Positions 21,071 through 33,930 of a stretch of DNA of 64,000 nucleotides are shown piece by piece. A model generated the notes under the pieces. The model worked only from the letters and a program-made list of their open reading frames with translations, ran no database searches and was not told the DNA's origin. Position numbers and translations under genes: made by a program. The stretch comes from Trichodelitschia bisporula (lineage: Eukaryota). Location of the stretch: assembly GCA_010356995.1 (NCBI GenBank), contig ML996695.1, forward strand, positions 505,061 through 569,060. The letters run 5' to 3'. Numbering within the stretch: the first letter of the stretch is position 1; every line of letters begins with the position of its first letter.

Positions 21071-24000
21071 CTAGGCATACATCTCCTCATCCTCATCCGT
21101 CGGATCGCCAAACACATCCCCCACACCCAGTGTACTCTTCCCCTTCCCCTTCCCACTATACACAACCCCATTTCCATTCCCATTAACCTCGACCCCAGAG
21201 GCATGCCCATTAACCCTCCCATCCCCACGAATAAGATACTCATCCTCCTCACTCTCAGCCAACCTCTCCGCCGAGTTCTCATTCCCATTCCCCGCAGCCC
21301 GCAGCGCAAGAACCCCCTTCCCCTTCCCCTTCCCACTGCCCCTCCTCGTCGCCGGCACCAGCCTCCCCGCACTCCGTGGCCTCTCCTCCACCGCCTTCCC
21401 CTTCCCCTCCGCCTCCTTCGTCCCCCCCTCCTTCGTCCCCGCCCCCTCAAACGCCCTCCTCACCCCCTCATAATGCTGCAGTTCCTCCACACTAACACTG
21501 GGCACAAGCTCGCGCTTCGCACTTTCAAAGTCCGCCTCCGTGACCTGCACCGCCGTGTCCTCTTCGCTGGCAAGATGGTCAAAGAAATAAGCCACCGTGA
21601 TCGGAGGCTCGGAAGCCGAGAGCTGCGCGTTGTGCGCCGCGACCTTGGCGTCGACGAGTTGTGCCTGTCGCGTGATGGCCTTGAGCATGGCGTCGGAGCA
21701 GAGGGCGTAGAGATCGGCGCCGGTGAAGGTGAACGGGAGTGTAGAAGCAACACGTTTAAGGCTGAGATCCGGATCGAGGGAGAACCTTGACAACCGATTA
21801 GCCCCCCTCCAAAGAACAAAAAAGAGAAGGGAACTTACTTCCTCGTCAACGCCTCCAAAATCGTCTGCTGCTTGTCATGCGTGTCGCTAATCCCCAGATA
21901 CAACATCTTGTCAAACCGGCCCGGCCTTAGCAGCGCCTGGTCCAGCAAATCCGGCCGATTCGTCGCGCCAATGACGAACACGCCCTCACCGCCATCGCTC
22001 ATCCCATCCAGTTCCGCCAGCAGCTGGGACACAATGCGATCCATAACCCCACCACTATCGCCCTGATTACCACGCTTCGGCGCCACAGAGTCCAGTTCGT
22101 CAAAGAACACAACACAAGGCCTCGCATCCCGCGCCTTCTGGAAAACCCGCCGCACGTTGGCTTCCGACTCACCAATATACATATTCAACAACTCCGGCCC
22201 CTTCACACTAAAAAAGTTAAGGCTGAACTCCGTCGCAATCGCCTTCGCCAAAAGCGTTTTCCCCGTTCCCGGCGGTCCGTAGAAAAGTATCCCGGACCGC
22301 TTCTTCATGCCCTTAGCGAACAATTCCGGGCGTGCGAGGGGTAGTTGAATCGTCTCCATGACCGCGTCCTTGACGTGCGTCAGCCCGCCCACGTCGTCCC
22401 ACCCAACGTTCGGGATCTTAGGCGCGCCAATCGCATCTGCGAAGTTCTTCCTCGCCGTCTCAACCGCGGACTCGAAGTCCGCCTTCGTGAGGCCCAGCGC
22501 GCCCGCCCCGCCCGCCAGCTCCACATCGCGCACCGTGATTTCCGCACCCTCGGGGCCGACGCGCCCCGCCGCCGCTGCGGCGAGCCCCTCGAGGCGCGTG
22601 CGCTTCGCGACGAGCGCGCGCGCAATGACGTCGGAGAGGTCGCCCGCGACCAGGGCGGCCGTTTTCATAGCCACGGTCGAGAGATCCACCTCGGGCGCGA
22701 GGCGGATGCCCGAGTCCTGCACTATGCCGAGCAGGATGCCCTCGCGCTCCTTCTCGTCCGGCGCGCTCATCTCCAGCTCGTGCGTGAAGAGTGCGCGAAT
22801 CCCATCAGGCACCTTATCCACCTCCGTTGTCGTGGCGATAATAACTCTTACACTCCCAAGCACATCTTTCAGCGCGCTAATCATGCGGTCTGCTGTCAGC
22901 GCATCGACGTGCCGTATCAACAGCGCGGTGTACTGCGCGCCGCAGGTCAATGCCCGTTCGGCGCGTGCTTTGAGGAAGGCCTCGGTCTTGACATCGCCAC
23001 CACCGGCGCCGCCTTCGGATAGAATATCGTAAGCGTCCAGGCTGAACACATGTAGCCCGAGATCCGCACACGCGCTTTCCGCAGTGTACGCCTTACCGAT
23101 CAGGCGCTGCGTGCTGGTGAGCAGCACGGCCAGCGGCGGGAGACCCATGTGCATGGCGGCCGGGCTCGTGGCCGCGGACACGAGCTCGCGGAGCCGCCGG
23201 CGGGTTGCGCTGATGTGTGGCTCAGGGGGTTCAGCGGCGCCCAGGGCGCGGGTGGAGGGCCCGGTGGGCGCGGGGAGGTGCTTGAGGCCGAGGTAGTAGG
23301 GCCAGGTGCTGTGTGTCGTAGGCGGGACGGGGCCCTGCTCTGATCCTGCTTGCACCATTTTCGTGTTCGCGGGGTCGATGCTCACGACGCCGCCCCAGAG
23401 GTCTGGGTCTTCATCATCGCCGACGGAGGGTGCAGTCACGGGCCCGACTTTGAACCAGGCGACCGCAGAAGGGAGGGCGGGTTCATCGGAAGCGAGAGTG
23501 TTTTTAGAGCGGAAGAGGATTTCCTCCGCGGCACCTTCTTCGCCGGGTTGGAAGACGGAACGGCCGAGGGATTCGTCGATGGCGATGCCGACGAGGTCGC
23601 CGGATTTGACGATGCGGCGTTTTTGCTCAAAGTAGTCTTTGAGGCCGGCGAAGAGGCTAGGTTGCAGGAGGCGGTCTGTTGAGAGGGGGGTTGAGAGTTT
23701 GAGGAGAGTTACTTCTTTTGCGTAGGGTGGGAAGGCGGAGCTGAGGACTTTGCCGCGGTGGGAGGTTGCCGGACGCGTTGGGTTCTGCGGCGCTGCGGTG
23801 TATAGCGGCGCTACGCGGAGGTGGGTCGGGGCACCGAGATTGGCCAGCAGGAGAGGTGAGACGAACGCCGGAGCGTAGGAATGCGGGGCCATCATGTCGA
23901 GGAAGCTCGTCTTCCGGGAGACCATCTTATGGCTCGGCAGCCGTGCGGACGCACGCTTCGACACACTCTCCGGCAAGCCATAAATCTTCGCCGCGCGCCA

Positions 24001-25497
24001 CTCTGGCATCTCCTCCTCATCGTCAAAGGAGCCCAGTTTCCAAGGCGCGAGCGCATGGGACACCGGCTCAGCCGCCGCCTCGAGCCGCACCCAGTCCCCG
24101 CTAAAACAGCCAATTTTGACGAGCGCGGAGGTATCCACGAAGACGCGGGCCTCCTCGTCGTCCTCCGGCACGGGCTTCGGGTGCAGGAGGTCGTCGGGCA
24201 GACGCTGGAGGAGGCCTTGGGCTTTGAACAGCTTGCTCTTGCCGGGCCCGCCGCGGACGGTGCTCGTTGTGAAGCTGGAGTATGTGGAGCCGGGGGTGGC
24301 GATGCCGTTGGTGTGGAAGGCGCCGAAGCGCGGGGTGGCGGCGCCGGTGGTGGAGAGGATGCCTGTGGAGTGAGGGAGGAGGGTGGGCGCCATGAGGGAG
24401 ATTGTGTCCTCTGAGTCGTCGGAGAGGTCGTCTTGGTCTGTCATTGAGGTGTCCGTGTCCAGATTATCGCTCGTAGATCCGTCGTCGTCTGCCGAGGGCG
24501 AGGGCGCCTGAGAGACGCTCCGCTCCTCGGCTGCCGAGTAAAATGTTTCGTTCGACGTGTCCTCGTCCTCCTCTGGTATGCCACTGCCGATAGCCGCAAT
24601 TGACGAGCCCTTGCTCGGCTTCCGGTGCTTATGCGAGTGCACAATAACCACTCGCGTACTCGGCAGCAACAAGCCCTGCGAAATCGGCTCACAAGCCGTA
24701 ATCTTCGCCGGCGGCGGCGGCGCATGGGTAATCGGATGCGCCGGCAACGGCAACGGAAGCAAATCACCCGCATGTACCAACTTCGGCGCCCTCAACGCAT
24801 CTCTCACCGCCTGGCGCCACACGCTCTCCAGCGCCTTCGTATCCTCAACCTTCGCCCTGGCCTTCGGCACCACAAGCCCGTTATTCCCATACCCCTCGCC
24901 GGCGCCGAATCCCCCGCCGAAGCGCGCCTGCACGTCGGCTAGCTTGCGCAGGGCCTCGGAGTCGAGCGTCACGAAGACGGTTTCTAGGCCCAGCGGCACG
25001 ACATCCAGGACGCGGATCTCGATGGGCGTGTCACGGCGGGGAAAGGCCTTCCCAGGCGCGGCGGACTGCAACGCGTGGAGGAAGGATTGCAGCGCGCCGG
25101 ACGACGCGGGGAAGTGGACTGAGGAGTGTGGGCGGGTGGCGGATTCGGAGCGTGCGGGGGCGCGGACGGGGAGGATGGTCCACTGGGTAGAATGCGGGGC
25201 AGCGAGCGAGGCGGGCTGCCAGGTCGAGATGGCGATGAAGTGGATTTTGGAGGAGTCTTCTGTAGGTGATCCATCTTATGGCGTCAGCTTTTCGTGTCTC
25301 CGCCGAGAAGCGGGAATGGACTCACGTTCGCCTCGCTTCAGACCCGGAAATAGGTCGAGCAGCAGATCCTCGGACAGAATGCCCACATCGTCCTTTAACC
25401 GGTCGTCGAGGAGCAGATGCGCGGAGATAGGCGGACGGTCCTGACGACGTCTGCGGCGGCGCTTGCGGCGCGCGAGAGAGGCGGAGAAGGGGTCCAT
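21071..25497 (-). CDS. PEX6: Peroxisomal AAA-ATPase Pex6, 3 exons
   Basis: Start MDPFSASLARRKRRRRRRQDRPPISAHL; introns at about 25275-25325 and 21787-21838. Motifs IGCFSGDWV, AIGAPKIPNVGWDDVGGL, GILFYGPPGTGKTLLAKAIATEF, ARPCVVFFDELDSVAPKRGNQGDSGGVMDRIVSQLLAELDG and FTGADLYALCSDAMLKA. Confidence 0.97.
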
Positions 25498-26356
25498 GAC
25501 GCTGATGCTCAAGGTCTGCAATGCAACTAAACAACAAGGAAGCCGTGATGGTGGTGATGGTGATGAAGGAGTGACTAGAGGGAAGGGCGAATTCGTCACC
25601 GGGGTGGCATTAGACGGTCAGCAGTCAAGCTCCGAGCGCAATTCGGCTCGTGAAAGTTCACCCGCGAGAACAAGTTTGGGGGGGTTGGTGCGCACGCGGG
25701 CGTGGCGCCGGCATGCCGAGGTTAAGGCGTTGTGGCCAATGCCGGACTCGCCGGGGGCGCCGTGGATGCTCGACGTCTGATGGCTGCGAACACGGGCGAT
25801 GGCTTCGCGATGCGTGAGAGATGTGTAGCCGAATGGTGTTTTGGCCTGTACACGCGGAGGGAGCTTCAACATTCTCAGGCAGCAGGTGGGCCTATTGACG
25901 GAGGGTAAGGACCGCTTCCTTTGCACGCCTTGTAGCCGATGACGCTCATTACGCTTTGATTGCCTTAATCTACGAGTCCTTGCCCTTTGGCTGGCTTTGA
26001 TATTGAGTTTTGGCCGCAGGGATCGACCGGTCGGAAGCGTCTCTCTTCCAGTTGTCGACTCCTCAACAGTGTCTGCTTCTCAACACCACGATGCGGAGCA
26101 TCCCCGTTACCTTGGCATGGGTCATTTCAGCCAACGTCTATCTCGGTGACCGTATTTAGTCATTGTAGCAGTTATCTCAGCGATGCCGGAGCGAGCTTTG
26201 GGCGAAAGGCTCAATTCGCGATGCAGGCTTTGTTCCTCTCGCTTTTGAAGCTTCTGTGCTACCTATGGGCCATGATGCGTCGTGTCCCCCTTCTGACTCT
26301 TTCTCCATTCCCATCGCCCTTCCTCTTCTTGTTTCGGTTTTTGAGACCAGACGTCC

Positions 26357-27735
26357 TTATGACATCTTCTGCACACGAGCTTCAATCTCCCTCACCCAGC
26401 CTCCCACACTAGCCACATTTTCCTTGAGCACCCCCTTGCCTTCCCCCATCTGCTTCTCCAGCCCCTCCAGCGCCTCACGCCAAAGCTTAACCTCCGCGCC
26501 CAAATCCTCCTGCTGCCGGGTTACCTCGTCAAGCGCCGTGCCGGCCCCCGCCGCAGTCGAATGCAACGCCCTCAACGTACGCAACCGCTCCAAAACAAGC
26601 GGCAGCGTCGGCGCCAGCGCATCCAAAGTCCCGAGCTGCGCATACAATGCACCCACCTTCGCCGCACGCTCCCCGTGCCCGAACTCGTCGCCCGCCGCCC
26701 CCGCCGCCGGTGCGCGCAACTTCTCCGCTTCCTTGACCAGCGCGCGCGTCTTCGCGGCCGCAGCGTCGAGGGCCGCGGGGTTGGACGCCAGGGCGTGGAT
26801 GGCGCGATCGAGCGCGTCGAGCGTCGGGACGATGGGCTTGGTGGCGCTGGAATCGGGCATGCTGGTCCCGCTGAGGCCGAGTGCCGATTCGAGGAATGTG
26901 AGGCGGGCGTCGAAGGCGGCGGCTTTGGCCAGGGCTTGGGTGAGTTGTGGGGAGAGAGTTGCGGGCGCTGCGGGCGCGGGGGGTGCGGCGGGAGTGGGTG
27001 AGGGGAGGGCGCTGGGTTTGCTGAGTTTGGCGTATGTGTGGTTGAAGGCTGCTTCGGCGCCCGTGGGGCGGTCGCGTCGCGCTGCGTACACGGCGTCCAG
27101 GGTACTGCTTAGCTGGGTGATTGTAGCAAGGGGCCCCTCCGCATCACTATCCTCGTCCTCCTCGTCCTCCTCATCCTCGTCTTCATCTTCATCCTCATCG
27201 CTATCGCTGCTCTTCGCGGCCTTCTGCTCCTGCGCCAGCGCGCGCACCTCCTCGATCTCGCGCCTCAGCCGCGCAATGCGTCGCTCTAGACTCTCGTCCT
27301 CGGCGTCGCTGCCCGAGCCCAGTTCGCTGCCGTCGTCGTCGTACTTTCGTCGGCGGCGGTGGGAGGTTACGTATGAGCGGCGCTCGCCGGCGACGCGGTC
27401 GGAGAAATCGGCTTGGGTTGCTGAGACGCGCGTGGGGCGAAAGCGTGTGCGGGCGGAGGTGGGTTCGAGGGGTTGCCGGTCTATGGCGGAGGTGCTGCCC
27501 GAGGAGGAGGAGGGTGAGGGTGAGCGGGCGGTTGTGGCCTGGTTCGTATTAGAGGCGGTTAAAGGATATATAGTGGGGAGTTTACCTGGATGGTCGAGAC
27601 GTCGTCGGCCAGATCGGGGGTTTCGTAGACGTCGGGCGCTTGGTCCTAGAGATGTCAGATCGTGCAGCGGTGCAGCAGTAGGGAAATTGTACGTACGATG
27701 TCCGGCAAGGTGGCATATTTCCGTATGGAAGCCAT
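26357..27735 (-). CDS. DCTN2: Dynactin subunit 2 (dynamitin/p50), 3 exons
   Basis: MASIRKYATLPDI|DQAPDVYETPDL (introns 27646-27696 and 27539-27585), then DFSDRV..RRSY, ESLERRIARLRREIEE and LPLVLERLRTLRALH. These are dynamitin motifs and coiled coils. Confidence 0.88.
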
Positions 27736-28313
27736 GATGGCCGGTTGATTATGAGGAGAGGTGTTTTGTGTATTTGGAGCTTGGAGCTATGGAGCTCGTC
27801 GCGTGGAGTTGAAGAAGTCAGCACATGGGGGTTTGGCGCTGCATAAATGCCAAGACTAGCCCAACGGACTGCAGAGAAGACAAGAAGATGCGGAGGGCAG
27901 ACAAGAGGCGGAATAGAGCAGAGTGTGTATCATAAAGGAGGCTCTCAAGGTGCGCACCGAAGAGGGAGAAGCCCTCTACGCAACAGAACCAGATGCAGTG
28001 ATGTCGTCGAGTTTAGCTCTTCCCCCTCGCCTACGGTACGAAGGAGGATCAAAGTTTGGCTTGGTGGCTCGGGACAACGTCCACACCCTCCACTTCAAAA
28101 CCTGCCCTTTCCATCTCACCTCACCATCATGTTTCCTTCCTCTGAATGAAAATCGAAATGGCTCAGTCCTCCAGCTTAGTCTCTCCTTGCGCCTTGCGAT
28201 AGTCTGATTGAAAGGGCCAAATACATATATTTTTTCGTCCTTCGAACCGCCACCTGTGCCTGTCTCTCCTGTCACGGGTCCAGACCTCGCAACCTCCGCT
28301 CACTACCCGGTAT

Positions 28314-31300
28314 ATGAATGCAGAGGAGCACTCACTTGAACTAGCCATGTTCACCACCCATTCTCATCAAGATACCAATGGCCAACTTTCTTCAATAGGA
28401 GGCACATCCTTCGTCTACACTCCTCCAGAAGACGAGTTGCTGACTGGCGGACTCCTCCCTCCAGATCTCGAGGCCAAATTCGACCTTGACCTCGGGGCGG
28501 CCAAGACCGATAATGCAACTCCCTTCGACGACTTTGACGGCCTCCAGCCGTTTAAGCAATATCATGAATCTGGTCCATCATCTATCCAGATGGGTGATGG
28601 CAATGGGTTGTCGGACCGGGGCGAGAGCCATGGCAGCCATACAAGCCATCTGAGCGTACCTCAGGAGCTTCACGGACCCCAGACATGGGATAATCCAAGC
28701 GAACTCGACTCGTCACCGCTGACAGAACTTGTTTCTAATGAGTCGAAGTCCTCAGCGACGTCCGCTCCTTCACTTCCTCCTATAACACCGGCAAACGCAA
28801 TGGAACTTGGCGTATCACCCATCCAGCGCCAGCTCCTTGATGCCTCTGAGTTCCTTGCCGAGACCAACAGCCAGAGCGGGCCGGGTCATTTTAAGCAGTC
28901 AGTTAATGCAAGATCGTGCGATTCAAACCTAATTTGATCATAGTTCCTCCTCACCCGAATCAACCCTTCCCACAGCCCTCACTGACAGCACCACATCGGG
29001 AAAGAAAAAGCCTGTGGTCGAGTATCGCGCAAAATCATCCATACCAACCGACATGTCGTGGCCTGATTTTGCATGGCAAGGAATACAAGCCGCCTATGCC
29101 TCGCGGCTAAATCCCTTTGCCCTCCACCCGCTCGAGTACCAGTTGTTGAGAGAGCACATCACTCGCCCGCAAGTCACCATCTACCTCAACATCCGGAATG
29201 CTATTCTTCGCCTGTGGCATTCCAATCCTCTTGCAGCAGTCGGCAGGCACGAGGCGGCTGGATGCGCGAGAGACCCTCGCTACTTCCAACTCGCCATCTT
29301 CGCCTTTGAGTTCTTGATACGACATGGTTACATCAATCATGGCTGTGTTGAACTCCCCAACACAGCTCGCTCCATCTCGCGCAGTCTAGGCATGGGCAAA
29401 GGCGTCAGGCGTCGGCCCATTGTGATAATTGGCGCAGGCATGGCCGGATTGAGCTGCGCGAGGCATCTAGAGGGCTTGTTCTTTCAACTTGGCGAACAGT
29501 TCACCCGGAGAGGAGAGCGCCCACCGAAGATCATCCTCCTCGAGGGCCGCAAGCGTATCGGCGGACGTGTGTTCTCTCGTCCCCTTGCTAAGCAAGGCAA
29601 TCTGCCTGACGGACTGCGCAGCACCGCCGAGACCGGGGCCATGGTGGTCATGGGCTTCAACCACGGCAATCCGATGAACGTTCTCATCCGCGGCCAGTTG
29701 GGCCTTCGCTACCATATCCTTCGAGACACTGAGGTGCTGTACGATTACGATGGCACTCCAGTAGACAAGAATCGCGACCACAAAGTGCAGACGCTGTACG
29801 ACAACCTCCTCGATCGCGTCGCCGGATTCCGTAATCCTCTCGTTGTCGTTCCAACTGTCGCTGGTGATCAGGCGTTAATACAGGCCGGACTGGACGCAAA
29901 GGAAGTATCACAAGGCGAGGATGCGCAGGTCATTTCGCAGCTTCAAGACGCCGGCATCATGGTAACTGTCAACGATGGAAGTTCCGTATCAAATGATACC
30001 GTATCTAAGGAACACGCTTCTACTGGAGTCGAAAAGTCTGCTGGTCGGCAGTATCAGCGTGGCAAGCCCGGGACGAAATTGGCAGCGTCCGAAGCAGCCA
30101 AGGACGTTTCTGGCTCTGACTCTCCATCTCGCGATCCTTCGAGCATAGAGCTTCGCCCTTGCCCTGAAGGTTCCCAATACCCGACCCTTGGTCACACAAT
30201 GGATAACATCATCGATCAGTACCAGCGGCAGCTCAATCTAACGCCGCAGGACCTGAGACTCTTCAACTGGCATCATGCGAATATGGAGTACGCAAACGCT
30301 GCACATGTCGACCATCTCAGCCTTTCTGGGTGGGATCAAGGCTTTGGCAATGAGTTTGAGGGGGGACACTGTCTCGTCGTTGGCGGATACACGCAGGTCT
30401 CGAGCGGCTTGTATTCTATGCCATTCAAGTTGGATGTTCGTGTCGGCCACGCTGTCAAGTCAGTCGTTAGTCGTGAGACTAAACAGGACGAGGGATACGT
30501 CACCATCCAGTGCGAGAATGGCGAATCGTTTGAGGCGGAGCGCGTGGTGGTCACAACACCTTTGGGTGTGCTCAAGGAGAAGAGGATACAGTTCAGGCCA
30601 GAGCTACCCGAGTGGAAGCTCTCTTGCATCGACCGCATGGGGTTTGGGCTGCTTAACAAGGTGGGTTACTTCCGTTTCCGGTTTGGCTGCCCAGATATCT
30701 AATCTGAGTCAGGTAATTCTCGTCTACGATGAGCCGTTCTGGGAAGCAGAGCAAGACTTTTTCGGCCTTCTAAACGCAGTCGAAGACGAAGACGACCCCT
30801 ACAACACACGCAACTACGCCAATAACCGCGGCCGCTACTGGCTCTTCTGGAATGCCATCCAAACCAGCGGCCGCCCCATGCTCATAGCCCTCATGGCCGG
30901 CGACGCCGCCCACGCCACCGAAATCACCCCCGACGCCGTCCTCATCAAAGAAGCAACCGCCAGGCTCTCCCGCGTCTTCCCGCATAAGAATGTCCCGCCC
31001 CCGAAGGAGGTGCTCATCACACGCTGGAAACGCGACCCTTTCACCCGTGGCAGCTACTCGTATAACGGGCCCCGCTCGCAGCACGGCGATTATGAGTTGA
31101 TGGCCCAGCGCATCGGGCCGCTGCATTTTGCGGGCGAGCATACGTGTGCGCCGTACCCGGCTACCGTGCATGGCGCATATTTGTCCGGTCTAAGGGCTGC
31201 CAATGAGGTCATCGAGGAGCTACTTGGACCGATTGCGATACCGACACCGCTGGTTCCGCTTAGGCATTTCAAGGCCGAGGCCGCGCCTACCCCTGCGACC

Positions 31301-31948
31301 CCCGAGGCCCTGAATCTCTTCCCTCTCCCCACCGGCACGAAGCGCAAGAAGGGCTACGTCGACGTGTGGGAGCCGATCCACGCGGTCCCGGCGGCTGGGG
31401 GGTCGAGCTCCGACTCCGCCTCCTCGAGTCTACAATCACAAGCCGAAGCCTACGAAGCGCGGATCATCGGCGCCATTCTCGCCGAGCTGGGCGAGCGACC
31501 CATCAAGCCCAGCCGCAGCGTCGCGAACCCGTTCCTCGAGTACCAGAAAGACAGCTGGTACAGAATCAAAGCGCAATGCGACGCGGAGCGCGCCGCGACG
31601 ACAGGGAATCCGAATGCCAGGGCCGGGAGGGATGAGATTCGTACGGCGCTGGGACTGACGTGGCGGACGGCGGATGAGGCGGTTAAGCGGCCGTATGTGG
31701 AGAGGGCGGAGAAGTTGAAGCGCGGGCAGGAGGCGGCGACGAGGGCTTATTTGACTGGGGTGGAGCTTTGGGATCGGGAGGCTGCGAGGATTAGGAGGGA
31801 GTTTATGCAGAGGGAGCCGCCGGCGGAGGAGATTCGCGGACTTGTTACTGGGGGGACGGCGATTGAGGTTGGCGGTGGCAGTATGAGGGCTAAGGGGCGG
31901 AAGGGCGCGAGTGGGGAGTTTGTGGCGCTGGGGGAGGGGGGTTCGTGA
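28314..31948 (+). CDS. LSD1/Aof2-like lysine-specific histone demethylase (SWIRM, flavin amine oxidase, C-terminal HMG-like), 3 exons
   Basis: Introns 28898-28943 and 30661-30712. SWIRM segment (SRLNPFALHPLEYQLL..YLNIRNAILRLW), FAD motif IIGAGMAGL..EGRKRIGGRV, GFGLLNKVIL, RGSYSY, FAGEHT..YPATVHGAYLSGLRAA and an HMG-like NPFLEYQKD..W. Start codon uncertain. Confidence 0.92.
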
Positions 31949-33930
31949 TGTTTCGGGGACTTGATGCGGCGGGTCTCGCGGCGGGTCTCGCGGTGTACAC
32001 TAGGGAGCATTGGCTTGTGGTGTTTAGGGACTGTGGGCAGGCATGGAGGGAGGGAGGGTCGGGGCTGGTGTCGGGGTGTATGGTAGTGTGTACACGTTAC
32101 TTACTTCGTTCTCAGGTTAGATTCGCCGATATGCGGCGTGGAAGTTGCGATGGGCAGCATACGAGCACGTGTCGCCGGGGGGGGGAAGGTTATGATATTC
32201 AATGTAATTGAGCAGCTGCTCTTGCCTATGCCACACAAGCGCGGCGCGCTATCTATGGACAGGTCTATGAGTAGAAATATGGGAGGCACAGTCGACGAAA
32301 TGAGGCGAGATGGCCAGGATCGGCAGTGAGATTACTCCGTGTCTTCTCTGCATTGGAGGAGATAGAGGGAGATACACGACATATGTTGCCATATTGAGCG
32401 CGAATGGTCAATCTGCACGTGCACAGTCGAATTCCGGAATCTAGGATTGATGCTCGGTTGGAGCCGAGGAGGCTGGCTTCCGGGCGGTCGTATCACGGGT
32501 GATAGCGCGGGGAGGAGTGGGTATACGTACGTAGATTGTGAGGGCGTTGGGTTTAGTTGGAGATCGGCGACGAGGGGTGGGAGATTGATGGAGATGGTGC
32601 CGGTAGTGTTCTGGTTGGGGAATGTGTTGCGGAGGTGTGGGTTGTGGGTTATGGTCCGCGGGTAGGGTAGGGTGCGTGTGATATAGGATGCTATTCTAAG
32701 TTTGGTGGGAGAGCCGACGGGGTCTGATTACTCTGTTTGGATAGGAAGAGGGCAAAGTAGCGTGTATGTGGATAGAGTGAGTGGTTTGATTAGGGTACGC
32801 CGGCTTTTCGCTAGAAGGAGATGGGCTAATGCCGCGAGAGTGGTTGGAATGGGGGATGTTTCTTCGTTCTCGTTATTCTGGTGTTTCAGGCATGCGACGA
32901 CTGGGGTGTTGTTGCTTTTTGGGCGTTTTTGCGCTTATGGGAGAGTGATGAGTGGTTGTGCTGGATGGGAGTAGTTGTGGTGAGGGTTGATTCCACGGTA
33001 CGGTACATCCGGGGGAATAAGTGGGATGTGTTTAGTGTGTTCCTCAGCCCGGGATGTGCTATTTAGGCAGGAGGGTTAATGCAGACTTTCGGTGTAGATG
33101 CGTGTTTTCGTTCCAGTGTTTGGCTCGAGTACAGCGGCAAATTGGAGTTGCAGAGCTTGTTGGTTTGGTGTAGCGGCGAGTAGTGTCAGGTCGTGTGGCA
33201 TGGAGCATGTGGCAGAGCCTTCGGCCTACTGCGGACATAGTGCGGGCGTAACACGGGCGTGCAAGCGGAATAGCCGGTCGGAACGAGGACCAAAAGTAGG
33301 TTGGAAGTTGCCTACAATTCGGCGGCTACTCTGCGGCAAAGTGGGTATGCATTACAGTGTACGCCGTACTTGGGAATCCAGTGGTGCAATATGGAGCCGG
33401 GCGAAGTGTTGGAGTCATGCAGTCAGGCAAATATTCAGTAATCAGTTATGCAGGCCAGTATGCAGATTGCCTGCTAGCCTAATACGCGCGCTTCAGAGCT
33501 GCATAAGGAGTACTTGTTATCGCTATTCAACTCGCTCTCTCCTCATGCATATTGCTAGGGTCCACTAATAACATAGCAATAGTTAGTGGTGCCTGTGTTT
33601 CCTCGTCTGATCTACTTTTTCCGCTTGCTTCTCCTTTTTCCCTTCTTCATCTTCTTCATCTTCTTCTACTTCCCCCAATCTCCCTGTACTTCTCTCAATC
33701 TCCCCCTCTTCTCTCTCTCTTCTGTCTTTCTTCCCTACTCTCTCATTTGCGCTTTATTGCCGTCTTCTCGCCATTGCGGACCGGTATTGTGTTTTCCTTT
33801 TGCGAGCAGCAATCGTCTTCAGCGCGTTGCTTGCTCAATCGTTCTGTGTAAGCACAAGTGGAGTCAATAGGCACCTGCCGTCCGATTCACCCTGGACTTC
33901 AGAGGAATTAGGTGCAGCGCCTTAAACAAA

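Noticed and set aside
32000..33500. G/T-rich intergenic stretch considered as ncRNA or telomere-like sequence
   Set aside because: No tandem telomeric units or convincing helices; consistent with the 3' G-rich skew downstream of the LSD1-like gene.
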